Source: a virus (lineage: Duplodnaviria > Heunggongvirae > Uroviricota > Caudoviricetes). From it: a stretch of DNA of 64,000 nucleotides. A program made the position numbers and the translations under genes. Below, piece after piece: positions 45,665 through 57,200 of the stretch (position 1 is the first letter of the stretch; every line of letters starts with the position of its first letter). Below the pieces are notes generated by a model, which saw only the letters and a list, made by a program, of their open reading frames with translations, was not told the origin of the DNA and did not search any database. The stretch lies in the IMG/VR virus record IMGVR_UViG_3300042885_000900, one strand, 5' to 3'.

Positions 45665-47572
45665 TTATAACACCTCTTCTTTTAATTCTAATTTTGTCTG
45701 TTTCTTATCATCAATGAATGCTTGAACTCTTTTCCGAGCAACTTCCGTATAATCCGGAGATAACTCAATTCCAATCCATCGTCTCTCTAATACTTCTGCC
45801 GCTACAGCTGATGTTCCACTTCCCATAAAGGGGTCAAGAACAATATCATCCTTATATGTAAGTATCTTAATCGCCTTCCCAGGTATATCCATTGAGAATG
45901 TGGCTTTAGTTAATGATTTAGTATCTGCAAAATATTCCCACCTTCCAAACACCAAGTTCATAAACTCTTTCTTGTCCTCATCCTTATAAACCATCTTATT
46001 TTTGATGGTTCCATCTTCCTGAATTACTTTAGTTGGTTCTCCTTCCCATTGGGATTGTCCTTTAAGTAATTTCTTACTCGTTTTCTTATAAGCCAATATG
46101 ATACACTCTTTTGGGTTATAAATATAGGGGCTCGACGCTGACATCCATGAGTTACCACACCACACTAATTGTCCTGATTTTTCAACTAATAATGTTTTAT
46201 TAGGTACTGACACACAATAAACTTTATCATCATAATCAATTGTGGTAACATTTTTTTTCTTTATATAACTTTGTTCTTTGTTGAGGATTTGAATTGTTGT
46301 CATTGGGTAATTAGATTTTATTATTTTACCATTCCAAAGTCTATCTTTCGCAAAATAACTATATAATGAACAAATTCTCCCCGATTCAAATAATAATCTA
46401 AGAATTTGGTCTTTCATTATCTCACTACATACAGAAATTTTCCACAATTCATTGTCTTTAGTAAAAGACCCATCACCATAAAATATCCATAATAATAATA
46501 TTTCTTTCTGTCTTTTAGACATATTAAAAACATAATCAGGTATTGTTCTTAAATTTTTACTTTTTGTATCAAGTAAAAACGACGCCAATTGTTTTGAACA
46601 ACAAAAATATTCGTTTTTTTGTTTTTTATATTCAAAATTAAATGGCAATCTCTCCAACAATTCTTCAATTTCTTTTAAAAATTTTATTTTTGTTTGATAA
46701 ATAGATATTTTGTATATACCTCGTTTAACATCATACGTTAATGAACCATCTGTTAGAAAAATACCTAAAAATCTCATCCAATCATCCGCATCAACAATTA
46801 CCGAATCTTCATTTCTATATATTTTTTTACTTCTTAACCCATACTCTACAGGAGGTATCACAACAGTTTTCACATCCACAACATTATTTAACCCATTATG
46901 ACTTCTAGGTATTGTGAAAACCTCTTGAGTTATCTCATTAAATGGTATAACGTCTATTTTAGAGTTGTCTACTCTAACCATATTATGGTTTTCTGTTATA
47001 GTAAGATTAACCGAACGAGTTTTAATATTTACTAATTTACCTTTAAATGGTTTTTCAATATAATCAAAAGCCTTTTGATACTCAATTTCTTTAGTTGTAG
47101 GATTTAATGTCATAAATAAATCCGTCTTAATATCAACATCCTTAAAAAATTTAAGACCATTATTTGTCATAACTTTAGTTTCATTATCATAACAACCCCA
47201 AGCAGTTTGTCTCACTCGGTGTGGTGAATCCTCAGTTAAATCAACCATCCCGTAAAATTTAAAACCAACTTCCTTCATCTTCATCCAAAATTCAGCGTTG
47301 AATAATATTCTACCTCCTCTTTCTTGAACATTCACTTCTATTGGAACATTGATGGCGATTCTTCCGTCATCCTTTAACACTCTATACGCTTCAGTTAACC
47401 ATTTTGTCGTAAAATCCCAATACTCATCCATTGGAATACTATCATTATACACATCGTATTTGATGTTAACAGAATATGGTGGACTAGTCACCACTAAATC
47501 CACACAACCTTCAGGAAATGTTCCCATAACCTCAACACACTCACCATTTATAATCTTCCCTGTCTCTATCAT
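45665..47572 (-). CDS. Orphan DNA methyltransferase (N6-adenine/N4-cytosine beta class) interrupted by a 348-aa intein carrying a LAGLIDADG endonuclease
   Basis: Extein motifs are DLVVTSPPY (motif IV) and DPFMGSGTS (motif I). The intein starts at CYDNETKVMT and ends at VWCGN followed by S. LAGLIDADG blocks are LGIFLTDGS and LLWIFYGDGS. Confidence 0.75.
   Translation of the reverse strand: MIETGKIINGECVEVMGTFPEGCVDLVVTSPPYSVNIKYDVYNDSIPMDEYWDFTTKWLTEAYRVLKDDGRIAINVPIEVNVQERGGRILFNAEFWMKMKEVGFKFYGMVDLTEDSPHRVRQTAWGCYDNETKVMTNNGLKFFKDVDIKTDLFMTLNPTTKEIEYQKAFDYIEKPFKGKLVNIKTRSVNLTITENHNMVRVDNSKIDVIPFNEITQEVFTIPRSHNGLNNVVDVKTVVIPPVEYGLRSKKIYRNEDSVIVDADDWMRFLGIFLTDGSLTYDVKRGIYKISIYQTKIKFLKEIEELLERLPFNFEYKKQKNEYFCCSKQLASFLLDTKSKNLRTIPDYVFNMSKRQKEILLLWIFYGDGSFTKDNELWKISVCSEIMKDQILRLLFESGRICSLYSYFAKDRLWNGKIIKSNYPMTTIQILNKEQSYIKKKNVTTIDYDDKVYCVSVPNKTLLVEKSGQLVWCGNSWMSASSPYIYNPKECIILAYKKTSKKLLKGQSQWEGEPTKVIQEDGTIKNKMVYKDEDKKEFMNLVFGRWEYFADTKSLTKATFSMDIPGKAIKILTYKDDIVLDPFMGSGTSAVAAEVLERRWIGIELSPDYTEVARKRVQAFIDDKKQTKLELKEEVL
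46151..47194 (-). mobile_element. Intein (Hint domain plus LAGLIDADG homing endonuclease) inside the methyltransferase gene
   Basis: Cys at +1, N-terminal splice junction after ...RQTAWG, C-terminal Asn then Ser. I mapped the boundaries myself by translating both junctions. Confidence 0.65.
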
Positions 47573-47573
47573 A

Positions 47574-47870
47574 TTATTCTGTTAATTGGTATTCCCAACC
47601 ATCTTCTTTTTTTATTGGTGTAATCTCTAAATCTAAAAACACCGCATTCTGTTCTCCCGCATATAACCCTAATATGTTATAATCATAAAACTCTTCAGCC
47701 TCACCATAAGTCATCAGGTCTCTCTCTTGTAGGATGTGTAATATTCTTGGTTTGGAATATAACATTTTCCTTCCAGGGGAACCAAAATCCTCAACAATCC
47801 CAATGATAGCATCCTCTAACCCATCTAATAAAACCGCACCTTCCGCGTACTCATCAATATCAACTAACAT
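47574..47870 (-). CDS. Hypothetical protein
   Basis: ORF track. Confidence 0.5.
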   Translation of the reverse strand: MLVDIDEYAEGAVLLDGLEDAIIGIVEDFGSPGRKMLYSKPRILHILQERDLMTYGEAEEFYDYNILGLYAGEQNAVFLDLEITPIKKEDGWEYQLTE

Positions 47871-48096
47871 TCTTGTTATTTTTTTCTAAATTTTCAATTC
47901 TACGATTAAGATACCAAGCCGCCTTGAGTAAATCTTCCAATTCTTTCTCCGGATATTTCTTACCCGCTCTTGAGATATATTTCACCGTATTACCCAAATG
48001 AAAATCTAAAGACCAATTCTCTATTACCTTAATCGCCTCATAAGGATTTTCCGCACCCCCATAATGGTCTGGGTTTTTCACCATTTCTTTACTCAT
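47860..48096 (-). CDS. DUF3310-like phage protein
   Basis: NPDHYGG...NPYEAIKVIENW...GNTVKYISRAGKK...ELEDLLKAAWYLNRRIE fits the DUF3310 pattern as I remember it. Confidence 0.45.
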   Translation of the reverse strand: MSKEMVKNPDHYGGAENPYEAIKVIENWSLDFHLGNTVKYISRAGKKYPEKELEDLLKAAWYLNRRIENLEKNNKNVS

Positions 48097-48317
48097 AATT
48101 TTACTATATAATATTTACCTAATTTAATATTTTTTTTATACCCCTGTCTAACAGAAAACAATGGTTTTGTTGTTATTTTAAACCCAACCCCACTCTTACC
48201 TGAAGTAATATAAAACTGAGTTTTAGATTTACCTATTAAGAGGGGAAAGTTAAATATTCTAACCACTGTTTGACTACAACCACTACCAATATGATATGTT
48301 TTTTTAGATAACCACAT
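48093..48317 (-). CDS. Hypothetical small protein
   Basis: ORF track. Confidence 0.4.
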   Translation of the reverse strand: MWLSKKTYHIGSGCSQTVVRIFNFPLLIGKSKTQFYITSGKSGVGFKITTKPLFSVRQGYKKNIKLGKYYIVKL

Positions 48318-48486
48318 AATAATCTTTCGCTACTTTACTTTCTACAATAATACCGGATTCTATCAAAAAATCCAGCTCTTTTTTTGTTTCTTCAATATTT
48401 TTTTTGAGAATATACTTTGAAATATAAGTAATGTGAATTGGTTGTCTTAATTTACCAATCAAATTGTTAATTTGTTTTTCGTCCAT
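48304..48486 (-). CDS. Hypothetical small protein
   Basis: ORF track. Confidence 0.4.
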   Translation of the reverse strand: MDEKQINNLIGKLRQPIHITYISKYILKKNIEETKKELDFLIESGIIVESKVAKDYYVVI

Positions 48487-48667
48487 AATTAAGTTTTTCT
48501 TTAATTTTATCTTCAGGTAATCCTTTATTATACCATTTATAAACTTTAGACGATATTTTATCCGACAGAATTAACATATCCGATTTAAACAACAAAGTTA
48601 AACCTAAATTATTATTAAAACAATTTTTTATTGATTTTTTATTAATTATTCTTTTATTAAATCCCAT
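48467..48667 (-). CDS. Hypothetical small protein
   Basis: ORF track. Confidence 0.35.
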   Translation of the reverse strand: MGFNKRIINKKSIKNCFNNNLGLTLLFKSDMLILSDKISSKVYKWYNKGLPEDKIKEKLNYGRKTN

Positions 48668-49437
48668 TAAGATAATAATCTTTTATTTTGTTTTCCACTT
48701 TGACTTATATACGCTAATATTTTCCTTTTAAAGATTGGTACTAATGTTTCCTCTAATGGAAAAATATCACTACAAAAAACTTCAAATAATGGATGTGATT
48801 CTTCATTATTCTTTTCATAAGTTTTAGAAAATTTAGATATAATTTGGGAAATTGTCAAATCGTCTTGGACTCCTTCGTAAATTAATTTTAAGGATGTTTT
48901 GGTTTGATTCTTTGTTTTGTAAATTTTTCTATTAGTATATTGCCAAATATATAATTTATCCGGTAATTTGTAGTAAAAAAAACCTGACTTGTTTGATAAA
49001 TTACTTTTATTTTTCTTCATCACAACATCTATGGAGTCATAAACAATACTCCAAATAGACTTTGCAAAATTAAAATAGTCGTATAATTGGGGTTGACTAT
49101 TTTTTAAAATTTTTCGGTATTCAATTACTTCTTCGTCCGCTAGCACGGGAATATCCTTAACTTTTAAATCTGAAAAAATTAATTCATCATCTTTTGATGA
49201 TAATTTTCTATCAATATAAAGTATTTTGTTTTGTGTCAATAAGGTTTGCATATTACCCAAATGTAATGAAAGTTCAATAAACATTGGGTAAACCTCCATT
49301 CTCTCAAGATGTTTATTCATCTTTTGGAAGTAATCTAATAGAACATATTGTTTTTGTTCTGCATCAAGCACACCATCAAACAACCAATCGGTGTTCATTA
49401 TAAATGATGTCTTTTTATTTTTTTGTTTCTTTTCCAT
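48667..49437 (-). CDS. Hypothetical protein, 256 aa
   Basis: ORF track. Confidence 0.6.
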   Translation of the reverse strand: MEKKQKNKKTSFIMNTDWLFDGVLDAEQKQYVLLDYFQKMNKHLERMEVYPMFIELSLHLGNMQTLLTQNKILYIDRKLSSKDDELIFSDLKVKDIPVLADEEVIEYRKILKNSQPQLYDYFNFAKSIWSIVYDSIDVVMKKNKSNLSNKSGFFYYKLPDKLYIWQYTNRKIYKTKNQTKTSLKLIYEGVQDDLTISQIISKFSKTYEKNNEESHPLFEVFCSDIFPLEETLVPIFKRKILAYISQSGKQNKRLLS

Positions 49438-49486
49438 ATATTACTAATTTAAATATATGAAACCATAATAAATAAATGAATAGTTA

Positions 49487-50845
49487 TTAATTAATCCTCA
49501 TAATATTATAACTATCATCGTTAATATAAACATTGTCGTAATTACCATTGTAACCATTCATCATGCCCCAACCATCTTCATCCACTAATCCTTGAGCTAA
49601 AGCGTCTTTATCAACATACTCTGATATATCTAACCCAAAATCAGACATATAACTTTTAATGTTATATCTAACCTCATCTAACATTGAATCAACCTTATTA
49701 TCAATCATTTCTTGGGATGGTTCCATATCAACCTCAATATTATCTAATTCTTCTTGAAGATATTCTATATGGTCTTGTGTTTGTTCGTATTCTGTTGAGT
49801 CCGAATCATCCATATTTCTTAATCTTTCTTCATATTCCTCAATTTCAGATTCAAGTTGTTCTTTCCTTTCTTCTTGTTCTGAGGTTAACTCAAAATCATC
49901 ATCACTAAAATATATATCCGGTTCATTAGCTATATCATTTTCATAATAATCTCTAAAATAATCAAGAACCTCATCTTCGTTAATATAATAATCAATAAAA
50001 CCACTTCTAAATCCATCAACACCTATATCATCAATTAAATCTTTTGCATATTCTAAAGCCGAACTATCCATCTCATCATCAGAACCAACGGTATATTCTT
50101 GGTCTTTAAATCCAGGTGATAACACCTCAAATTGTGTTAAATCATGATAACCATAACCATAAGGATACAAATCATAAACATCAATTTTATTATCAGTTAA
50201 TTCAGTTATCTCTTCTTCAATTTCTTCAATGGTATTTAATATTTCAACATTTTCATCGGGGTCACCATCTCTTTCTTCATCATCATAAAGAGACTCAAGG
50301 TCTTCTTTCTTTTTTGTTAAAACTTTTAATTTTTCTTCATCATCTTCATCTAAAGTTTCAACCTCACCACTATCAACTAAATATTTTAATAACGCTTGAG
50401 CCTTTAACCCTAACTCATCACCTTTTTCAATACTCCAATCATCACCATCTCTATATTGATTCATTGTTTGTTTCTTATTGTTCAATTCCTCTATTTCTCG
50501 TTTTTTTTGTATAGGTGAACCATAATCACTAATATAACCTGTAATCTCCATTTTAGGTAATTTAGATACATTAGTATAACTAATATTTAAATTACCATCA
50601 ATACGACCAATATTACCCAACGAATTTGTTGGAGTATTTGAAAGGTCTAAAGTTCCTGTTATCCATAATGGCTTTCCCATAAATTTCTTAAGACTCGTTA
50701 TTGAGCTCCCATTGTAACTGGTTAAAACCATTAAGTCAACATATTGTTTAGGTGTCATTTTATAATAATCGTCTTCAACTTGTTCAACAATTGTTTTAAT
50801 AAAACGATATAACTCTTTTTCCGTAAGTCTAATTTTTCTACTCAT
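49487..50845 (-). CDS. Large, highly acidic, probably helical protein, 452 aa. Scaffold-like composition.
   Basis: ORF track. Long Asp/Glu-rich stretches. Confidence 0.6.
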   Translation of the reverse strand: MSRKIRLTEKELYRFIKTIVEQVEDDYYKMTPKQYVDLMVLTSYNGSSITSLKKFMGKPLWITGTLDLSNTPTNSLGNIGRIDGNLNISYTNVSKLPKMEITGYISDYGSPIQKKREIEELNNKKQTMNQYRDGDDWSIEKGDELGLKAQALLKYLVDSGEVETLDEDDEEKLKVLTKKKEDLESLYDDEERDGDPDENVEILNTIEEIEEEITELTDNKIDVYDLYPYGYGYHDLTQFEVLSPGFKDQEYTVGSDDEMDSSALEYAKDLIDDIGVDGFRSGFIDYYINEDEVLDYFRDYYENDIANEPDIYFSDDDFELTSEQEERKEQLESEIEEYEERLRNMDDSDSTEYEQTQDHIEYLQEELDNIEVDMEPSQEMIDNKVDSMLDEVRYNIKSYMSDFGLDISEYVDKDALAQGLVDEDGWGMMNGYNGNYDNVYINDDSYNIMRIN

Positions 50846-50935
50846 AATAATAAATATGTAAAATTAAAAAAAAATCTTTACATATTACCATTATAACAGA
50901 TATTTATTGATATAAACATTTAAAAAAATATATCA

Positions 50936-51082
50936 TGGGATGCGGTTGCAAAGGAAATTCGAATCAAACACAAACAACACAACAAACGAGCCAGTCTCAA
51001 CCTAAAGCTCCTGAGCCTAAAACTCAGCCTATACAAGAATCAATTCGTAAAGTTGTTGAGAAATATTATAATAAAAAATAAT
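50936..51082 (+). CDS. Possible 48-aa protein MGCGCKGNSNQTQTTQQTSQSQPKAPEPKTQPIQESIRKVVEKYYNKK
   Basis: I translated it myself. A GC hairpin terminator follows at 51093-51125. Confidence 0.3.
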
Positions 51083-51182
51083 ATTTATTGTGTTAAAAAT
51101 CTGAGGGACTTTATGTCCCTTTTTTTATTTTCTATTTAGAATTAATATAATTTTAATTATTAATTGGTATAAGTTTAAAATT

Positions 51183-52007
51183 ATGAAATATATTAACGAA
51201 AAATCAAATAGAGGTATTGTGAATTTATTCTCCGATTACCTATTAAAAGAATTAACTAAAGAAAATAATATTGATGCAGTTATAGAAGTAACCGATTGTG
51301 GTAAATTTTTTATCGTTAACGGATTAACTAATTCAAATAAGATATTAGATATGACTAAATTAAAATCTTCTTTCTTGGAAGAATATAAAGAACTATTATC
51401 TGAATTTGGTTATACACAAATAAATATTATTGATGTTATTAGTTATGGTCACGAATTAGTTAAGAAATCTGAATACACTTATGAGTTTTATGATTCAGTT
51501 AGACCAATATATTCACAATCAATCATTGATTATGTCTCTAATGATACTCAAGGATTAAAATATCATTCTATCTCTGATATTAATGGTTTAAACCTTGAAT
51601 TAGATTATTCTGAAGAGAATACTAAAGATTTAACAACTTTTAATTATTCACCTTTAAACATCACATCCGAATTCCCACACGGATATAGTTTAGATATGGG
51701 TAGATTAGAATTTTATTATTCAGAATATATCACCAATCATTTATTTTGTCATTCAATCACCGATAAAATACAATTCAAATATTCTAACATTAAAAATAAT
51801 GATGACGATTACATGATTAATATTAATACAACATCTGTCCATAATAATGAATCTATCGTTTCAATGGTATTAGATGTGTTTGATTTTGATATGTTGAAAT
51901 TTAAATCTACAATAAAATCATATGATATAATAGAAGACTTAACAAAACCTTTCGATAAAAAACCTTGGTTAATAAAAGACCGTATAAAAGATTTGGTTAT
52001 ATTTTAA
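51183..52007 (+). CDS. Hypothetical protein, 274 aa
   Basis: ORF track. Confidence 0.6.
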   Translation: MKYINEKSNRGIVNLFSDYLLKELTKENNIDAVIEVTDCGKFFIVNGLTNSNKILDMTKLKSSFLEEYKELLSEFGYTQINIIDVISYGHELVKKSEYTYEFYDSVRPIYSQSIIDYVSNDTQGLKYHSISDINGLNLELDYSEENTKDLTTFNYSPLNITSEFPHGYSLDMGRLEFYYSEYITNHLFCHSITDKIQFKYSNIKNNDDDYMININTTSVHNNESIVSMVLDVFDFDMLKFKSTIKSYDIIEDLTKPFDKKPWLIKDRIKDLVIF

Positions 52008-52011
52008 CTAA

Positions 52012-54279
52012 TTAGGGAATACAGGTGTTTGATTTTACGAAGGTACCTGTAGATAAAGTATATGTAAAAAATCCAACACAATCAGTACCTGAACACGTAG
52101 CATTCGATATTAATATTGTAGAATCAGCAAATGTATAAGTCGTCCCTATTTGTGTACCTCCGGAAGTTATAAAACCATAATTACCATCACTAATCATTGT
52201 TCCACCAGAATAAGCTTTCATTTGTATTTGAACAATGCCCGTACCTGTATTTGGAGTGTTTCTATACCAATTCGCTCGACAATTTAACTGTATTGAGGTA
52301 ACACTTCCACTAAGTTTTAATTGTTTAATATCTACATACACACTTTCGGAACCACCCGTATTTTGATTATCACCACCCCACCATAAATTAGGACCAACAC
52401 GTTTACCTGACGCCAGATTTCCAGTAGTACAAAACCCAACTGGGTTAAAAGTATTCGCATATGTTGTCCCCGTCACATTATTCACATATAAATAAGTAAG
52501 AGTGTCTAAATCTTTCCCACTAGTAATTGGGAATGTATATGTAAAAACAAGATAATCAGCATTAAGTATTATCGGAGCCTTTGTTGGCGTAACCGTTGGC
52601 GTATATGTTGGTGTAGGTGTTTGAGTTGGTGTTTTAGTCGGTGTAAGCGTTTGTGTTGGTGTTTGTGATGGTGGGAGCACATCTTTAATTAAACGAACTG
52701 AAAAACCAACTGTTTTATTAGTATTAATTCTACTAACACTTTGACTACTATTACTCATCTGACGACTCCACGAACTAACAGTATTAGCCGATGATGAAGT
52801 CCACCAATACCCACCATTACGAATGTCAGTAAATACCCCGCTAATACTTCTATTACCTCCTGGAAGAGCAGTAAAACCATAAGTGTTAACAGCACCCGTA
52901 TTTGGAGTGTTCCAATATGTGGTACCAGTTCCTTTCAATATTCCCCCTGATACCGATTCACCACCTAAAAAAGTTGTTAAAGTAGTCCATTCAGCATCTG
53001 TAGGAATATGATAACCTAACGGAGCTAATCCACCATTTGCGGTATTATTAACCGCATACCAATTATATAACATACCATAAGTATTTCCTGTTGTTGTACT
53101 ACCGCTGTAATAACACCAAGCCCCCGTGGTTAATCCTGACCAAATAGCCGGGTCAGTCACTTTTGGAATTACAGTACCATCTCTATAAGTAGGAACATTT
53201 AAATTACACGCCGTCCAAGTTTGAGTTCCAATTGTCACATCATTTAATGAACAAAGATATGGTGAGGGTGCATTTAAATTAGTCGTTAAACAACTAGGAA
53301 CTTGAGACGCACCAGCAATTGTTTTATTAATTTCTGTAACATATACTAAATTGTATGGCGAATTTTTATTAATTATATATAATTTTGTATTTATACCATC
53401 AAGATTAACCGATGTTATGTAAATATTTCCATTCGACTCAAAAATACCATAAGTATTACAAGGAATTGTTAGAACAACATCAACTTCTAAAGTCCCTGTT
53501 AAATAATTCCACTGACTTAAATAACAAATCTCATTAACAGGGTCATTATTAAGTACCAAAAATTTATTAGTTGTTGTTTTATAAAAATCACCAGTAATAG
53601 TTCTACCAGCCGTTAAAGGAAATTTAGTTGTCATAACAGGACTTACACCTGATACATCTATTTCAACAACTTCGTTAGGATTATTGAGTGTATTTACCGC
53701 TAAAATAACTGTGTCCGAAATCGCCGCAAGACCCGCAGAATTACTAAAATTTAATGGAGAGGGGATATTACGATTAAATATCGCACTAAATGATGGTAAA
53801 GTTATATTATATTCGTTAAAACTAATACCAGTTGGTTCCCAAAGTTTATTTGAGGTATGAGCAATATCATTACCTCCAGAATATTCCGCCGGCATTGTTA
53901 ATAATGTTGAAGTGTTTGCAGAAACATTATAATAATAAACTTTATCTTGATTATCATTATATAGTACAGCACAAGTCGGTACAACAGGATTACTCGTTGG
54001 TGTTGGTGTTTTTGTCGGTGTTATACTTGGCGTTGGAGTTTGAGTTTTAGTGATTGTTGGTGTTGGTGTTTGAGTTGGTGTAACTGTTGGAGTTAATGTT
54101 TTTGTTGGTGTAACTGTTGGAGTTTGCGATGGCGATGCATTTGGTGTTTGAGTTGGTGTTGGGGTACCGATTGGTAATAAAACACCATTAATTCTAATGG
54201 TGTTTGGTATAGGATTATTGTTGGCTTTTTTCATAGAAGCCAATAATACATTATCAAATTTTTTAAGTAATTGTGCCAT
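52012..54279 (-). CDS. Fibre/receptor-binding-like protein with two Pro/Thr linkers, a beta-rich middle region shared with 59423..61882, and an internal Fibrobacter succinogenes major paralogous (FISUMP) domain
   Basis: PT linkers (TPTQTPTPTITKTQTPTPS...). FISUMP motifs GMLYNWYA, GYHIPTDAEWTTL, GFTALPGG, GFSVRLIKD. Confidence 0.75.
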   Translation of the reverse strand: MAQLLKKFDNVLLASMKKANNNPIPNTIRINGVLLPIGTPTPTQTPNASPSQTPTVTPTKTLTPTVTPTQTPTPTITKTQTPTPSITPTKTPTPTSNPVVPTCAVLYNDNQDKVYYYNVSANTSTLLTMPAEYSGGNDIAHTSNKLWEPTGISFNEYNITLPSFSAIFNRNIPSPLNFSNSAGLAAISDTVILAVNTLNNPNEVVEIDVSGVSPVMTTKFPLTAGRTITGDFYKTTTNKFLVLNNDPVNEICYLSQWNYLTGTLEVDVVLTIPCNTYGIFESNGNIYITSVNLDGINTKLYIINKNSPYNLVYVTEINKTIAGASQVPSCLTTNLNAPSPYLCSLNDVTIGTQTWTACNLNVPTYRDGTVIPKVTDPAIWSGLTTGAWCYYSGSTTTGNTYGMLYNWYAVNNTANGGLAPLGYHIPTDAEWTTLTTFLGGESVSGGILKGTGTTYWNTPNTGAVNTYGFTALPGGNRSISGVFTDIRNGGYWWTSSSANTVSSWSRQMSNSSQSVSRINTNKTVGFSVRLIKDVLPPSQTPTQTLTPTKTPTQTPTPTYTPTVTPTKAPIILNADYLVFTYTFPITSGKDLDTLTYLYVNNVTGTTYANTFNPVGFCTTGNLASGKRVGPNLWWGGDNQNTGGSESVYVDIKQLKLSGSVTSIQLNCRANWYRNTPNTGTGIVQIQMKAYSGGTMISDGNYGFITSGGTQIGTTYTFADSTILISNATCSGTDCVGFFTYTLSTGTFVKSNTCIP

Positions 54280-54290
54280 TTTATTTAGAT

Positions 54291-57200
54291 TTACAGTACC
54301 TCAACCCAACTATTATCCGGACAGAAATATATTATGTCGTTTGTTGCGTCAGTACAATAACCAATGATTCTAACATTATTACCAGTAGCCGGTGGTGATG
54401 TCGAACTAAACTCACCCGCAGTTGTTGATACATATAATATAGAACCTAAAGTCACACTAGTAAATGATGTTGTACTAAATTTAGCATAACCTCTTAACAA
54501 CATTCCACTCGCAATTGTTGTCCCTAACGCCATACCTAATAATCCTGTTGACCCAGAAACTGTTGTAGCATTTGCCAATGTCCAAGTACCTCCAGTACTA
54601 TAATAATAAACTGACCCGGCAGTTAATGTTGCTCCAATACCAAAATAAACAACTTCTCCGGCACCACCATTAGATGTTGGAACTGTAAATATTTTATTGT
54701 TTGTAATATTAATATTATTGACAAATGTTGTACACCCTCTATCTGCAGTAATGTTAGAACCTACAATAGTTGCAAAAGTAATACCTGATGGTATTCGATT
54801 ACTACTACCACCAAGAATTGACGAAAAACAACTTCCTATACAGTTATTATAACCACCCGCAATAGTTGACCAATTACCATATATACGATTCGACACTCCA
54901 CCTGCAATAGTTGAATAACTTCCCACAATTTTTTGAAATTCAGGATTACCATTAACATAAGTAAATCCACCACCACCAATTGTTGAACAATTTCCACTAA
55001 CAGAAACATAACATCCACCACCAATGGTTGAAGCATTACCGGAAACCCTATTAAAACGACCTCCACTAACTGTTGAATAAGTAGCACCTAATAAAATCTC
55101 ATTACCACAACCACCACCAATAAATGAATCATTCCCTCTAGCGGTATTACCTTGACCACCCCCGATTGTCGCAAAACTTCCAGAAGCAGTATTACTATAA
55201 CCATACCACCCACCACACTGGAAGCGTTGACCACCCCCTCCAATAGTTGAAGCCATCCCTGACGCTTTGTTATAACCACCTCCACCAATTGTTGAGGTAC
55301 TACCGGAAGCAATGTTTCCACCACCACCACCTACTGTTGAAACATAATTAGACACTGTGTTGATTCTACCTCCACCAATGGTTGAATAGTTACCCGTCGC
55401 ACAGTTTTTACATCCACCACCAATTGTTGAATTTACACCATAAGCAGTATTTCCAACACCACCACCAATAAATGAATTACTTCCACCAAAACTAGATTTT
55501 GTTAGATTTCTAACTAATGGTTGATTTCCAATTGCAAACACATCAACCGAAGCTGTTGCTCCGGTAACATTTACTGTGGTGAATCCTGCGGAGTAAGTTG
55601 ATGCCGTTACCACAACATTTCTTGAACAAGTATTATTATCAAAAGTTAATAATAAATCATTAGTTACAAAACAACTAGTTAAATTACCAGTAAACCTTAA
55701 CGAACAATTACCAAGGACTGTAGATGTTTCTATTTTTGGAGAATTACCCACCATATTTAAAACACCTCCGTTAATACCTCCTTGATACCCACAGACAATA
55801 TTCACATGACCACCACCTACAAAAGCAAATTTGGTAGCCGATTTATTATTATTACCTGAAACTATCCCTGAACCATAACCTGTTGCGTAATTACCACAAC
55901 CACCTAAAATAGCCGCTCTAATACCATTGGTCTTATTAGAAAGACCACCACCAATAACAGCATCTTCATGAACTGTTATATTATTACATCTACCACCACC
56001 TATAAACGATGCCGCACTTGTATTACAATTGTAAGAACCTCCAACAACAACTGATTGATTTGAAGACACTGTATTACTAAGTCCACCTCCGAGAAATCCA
56101 CCACCTGAACCACAACTAAGAATCTTACCACAATATCCACCGGCAATTGTTGTTGCAACACCATAGTTTCTATTACAATTTCCTCCACCAACTACAGAAC
56201 AGTTACTTCCTGAACTTACACAATTATTTTTCCCACCACCAATTGTTGAATAAGTACCAATAGCATTATTACATCGACCCCCACTAACTGTTGAAATAAA
56301 ACCAAAAGCAGTATTTGTAAAACCACCACCAATGAATGAACGATTACCAGAAGCAGTATTACCTTGACCACCACCAATAAACGATTGTTCACTTATATTA
56401 CAATTGTATTGACCTCCAACAATAACTGAACTATATGAAGATACTGTATTACAATAACCACCACCTATAAACCCACCTACTCCATTACAATTAAGTATAC
56501 TATTAGTATTACCACCGGCGATAGTTGATGAGTGACCATAATTTTTATTTTGGTATCCACCACCAACAACAGAATATTCTTTTTTTATACAGTTTAATTT
56601 ACCTCCACCGATAAATGAATTGTTATTATTATCAATAATGTTGGAACAACCACCACCTATGGTTCCATAAGATGTAGTGACACCACTTATTATATTACAT
56701 TTACCACCACTGATGGTTGAACTACAATGGTATTGACCAAAAATTTTATTAGAAAGACCACCACCAATAACTGAATTTTGTATTTGACGACCATATATAG
56801 TATTTGATAACCCACCACCTATAGTATTGTCATATAAATAACCATTATTACCACTATTAGATAGACCCATTTTGTTTAAATGACCACCACTTATAGTATT
56901 ACGACCACCTATATACAAAATATTAGACAACATTGTATTATCACTACCACCACCAATAAAAGATTCACAATTTGAACTTATAGTATTCGAACAACCACCG
57001 CCAATAAATGAACGACTAGCACCTGATAAAATATTATTACAACCACCCACGATTGTTCCATGAGGAGATAAAATATCTACTATATTAAGTTGACCACCTA
57101 AAGATGCTGAACAATTTCCATTTGATTGATTACTAACACCACATCTAACCGATGAGTATGTACCTACACCTAATACGATTACCGGAGGTGTTGGGCTAAA

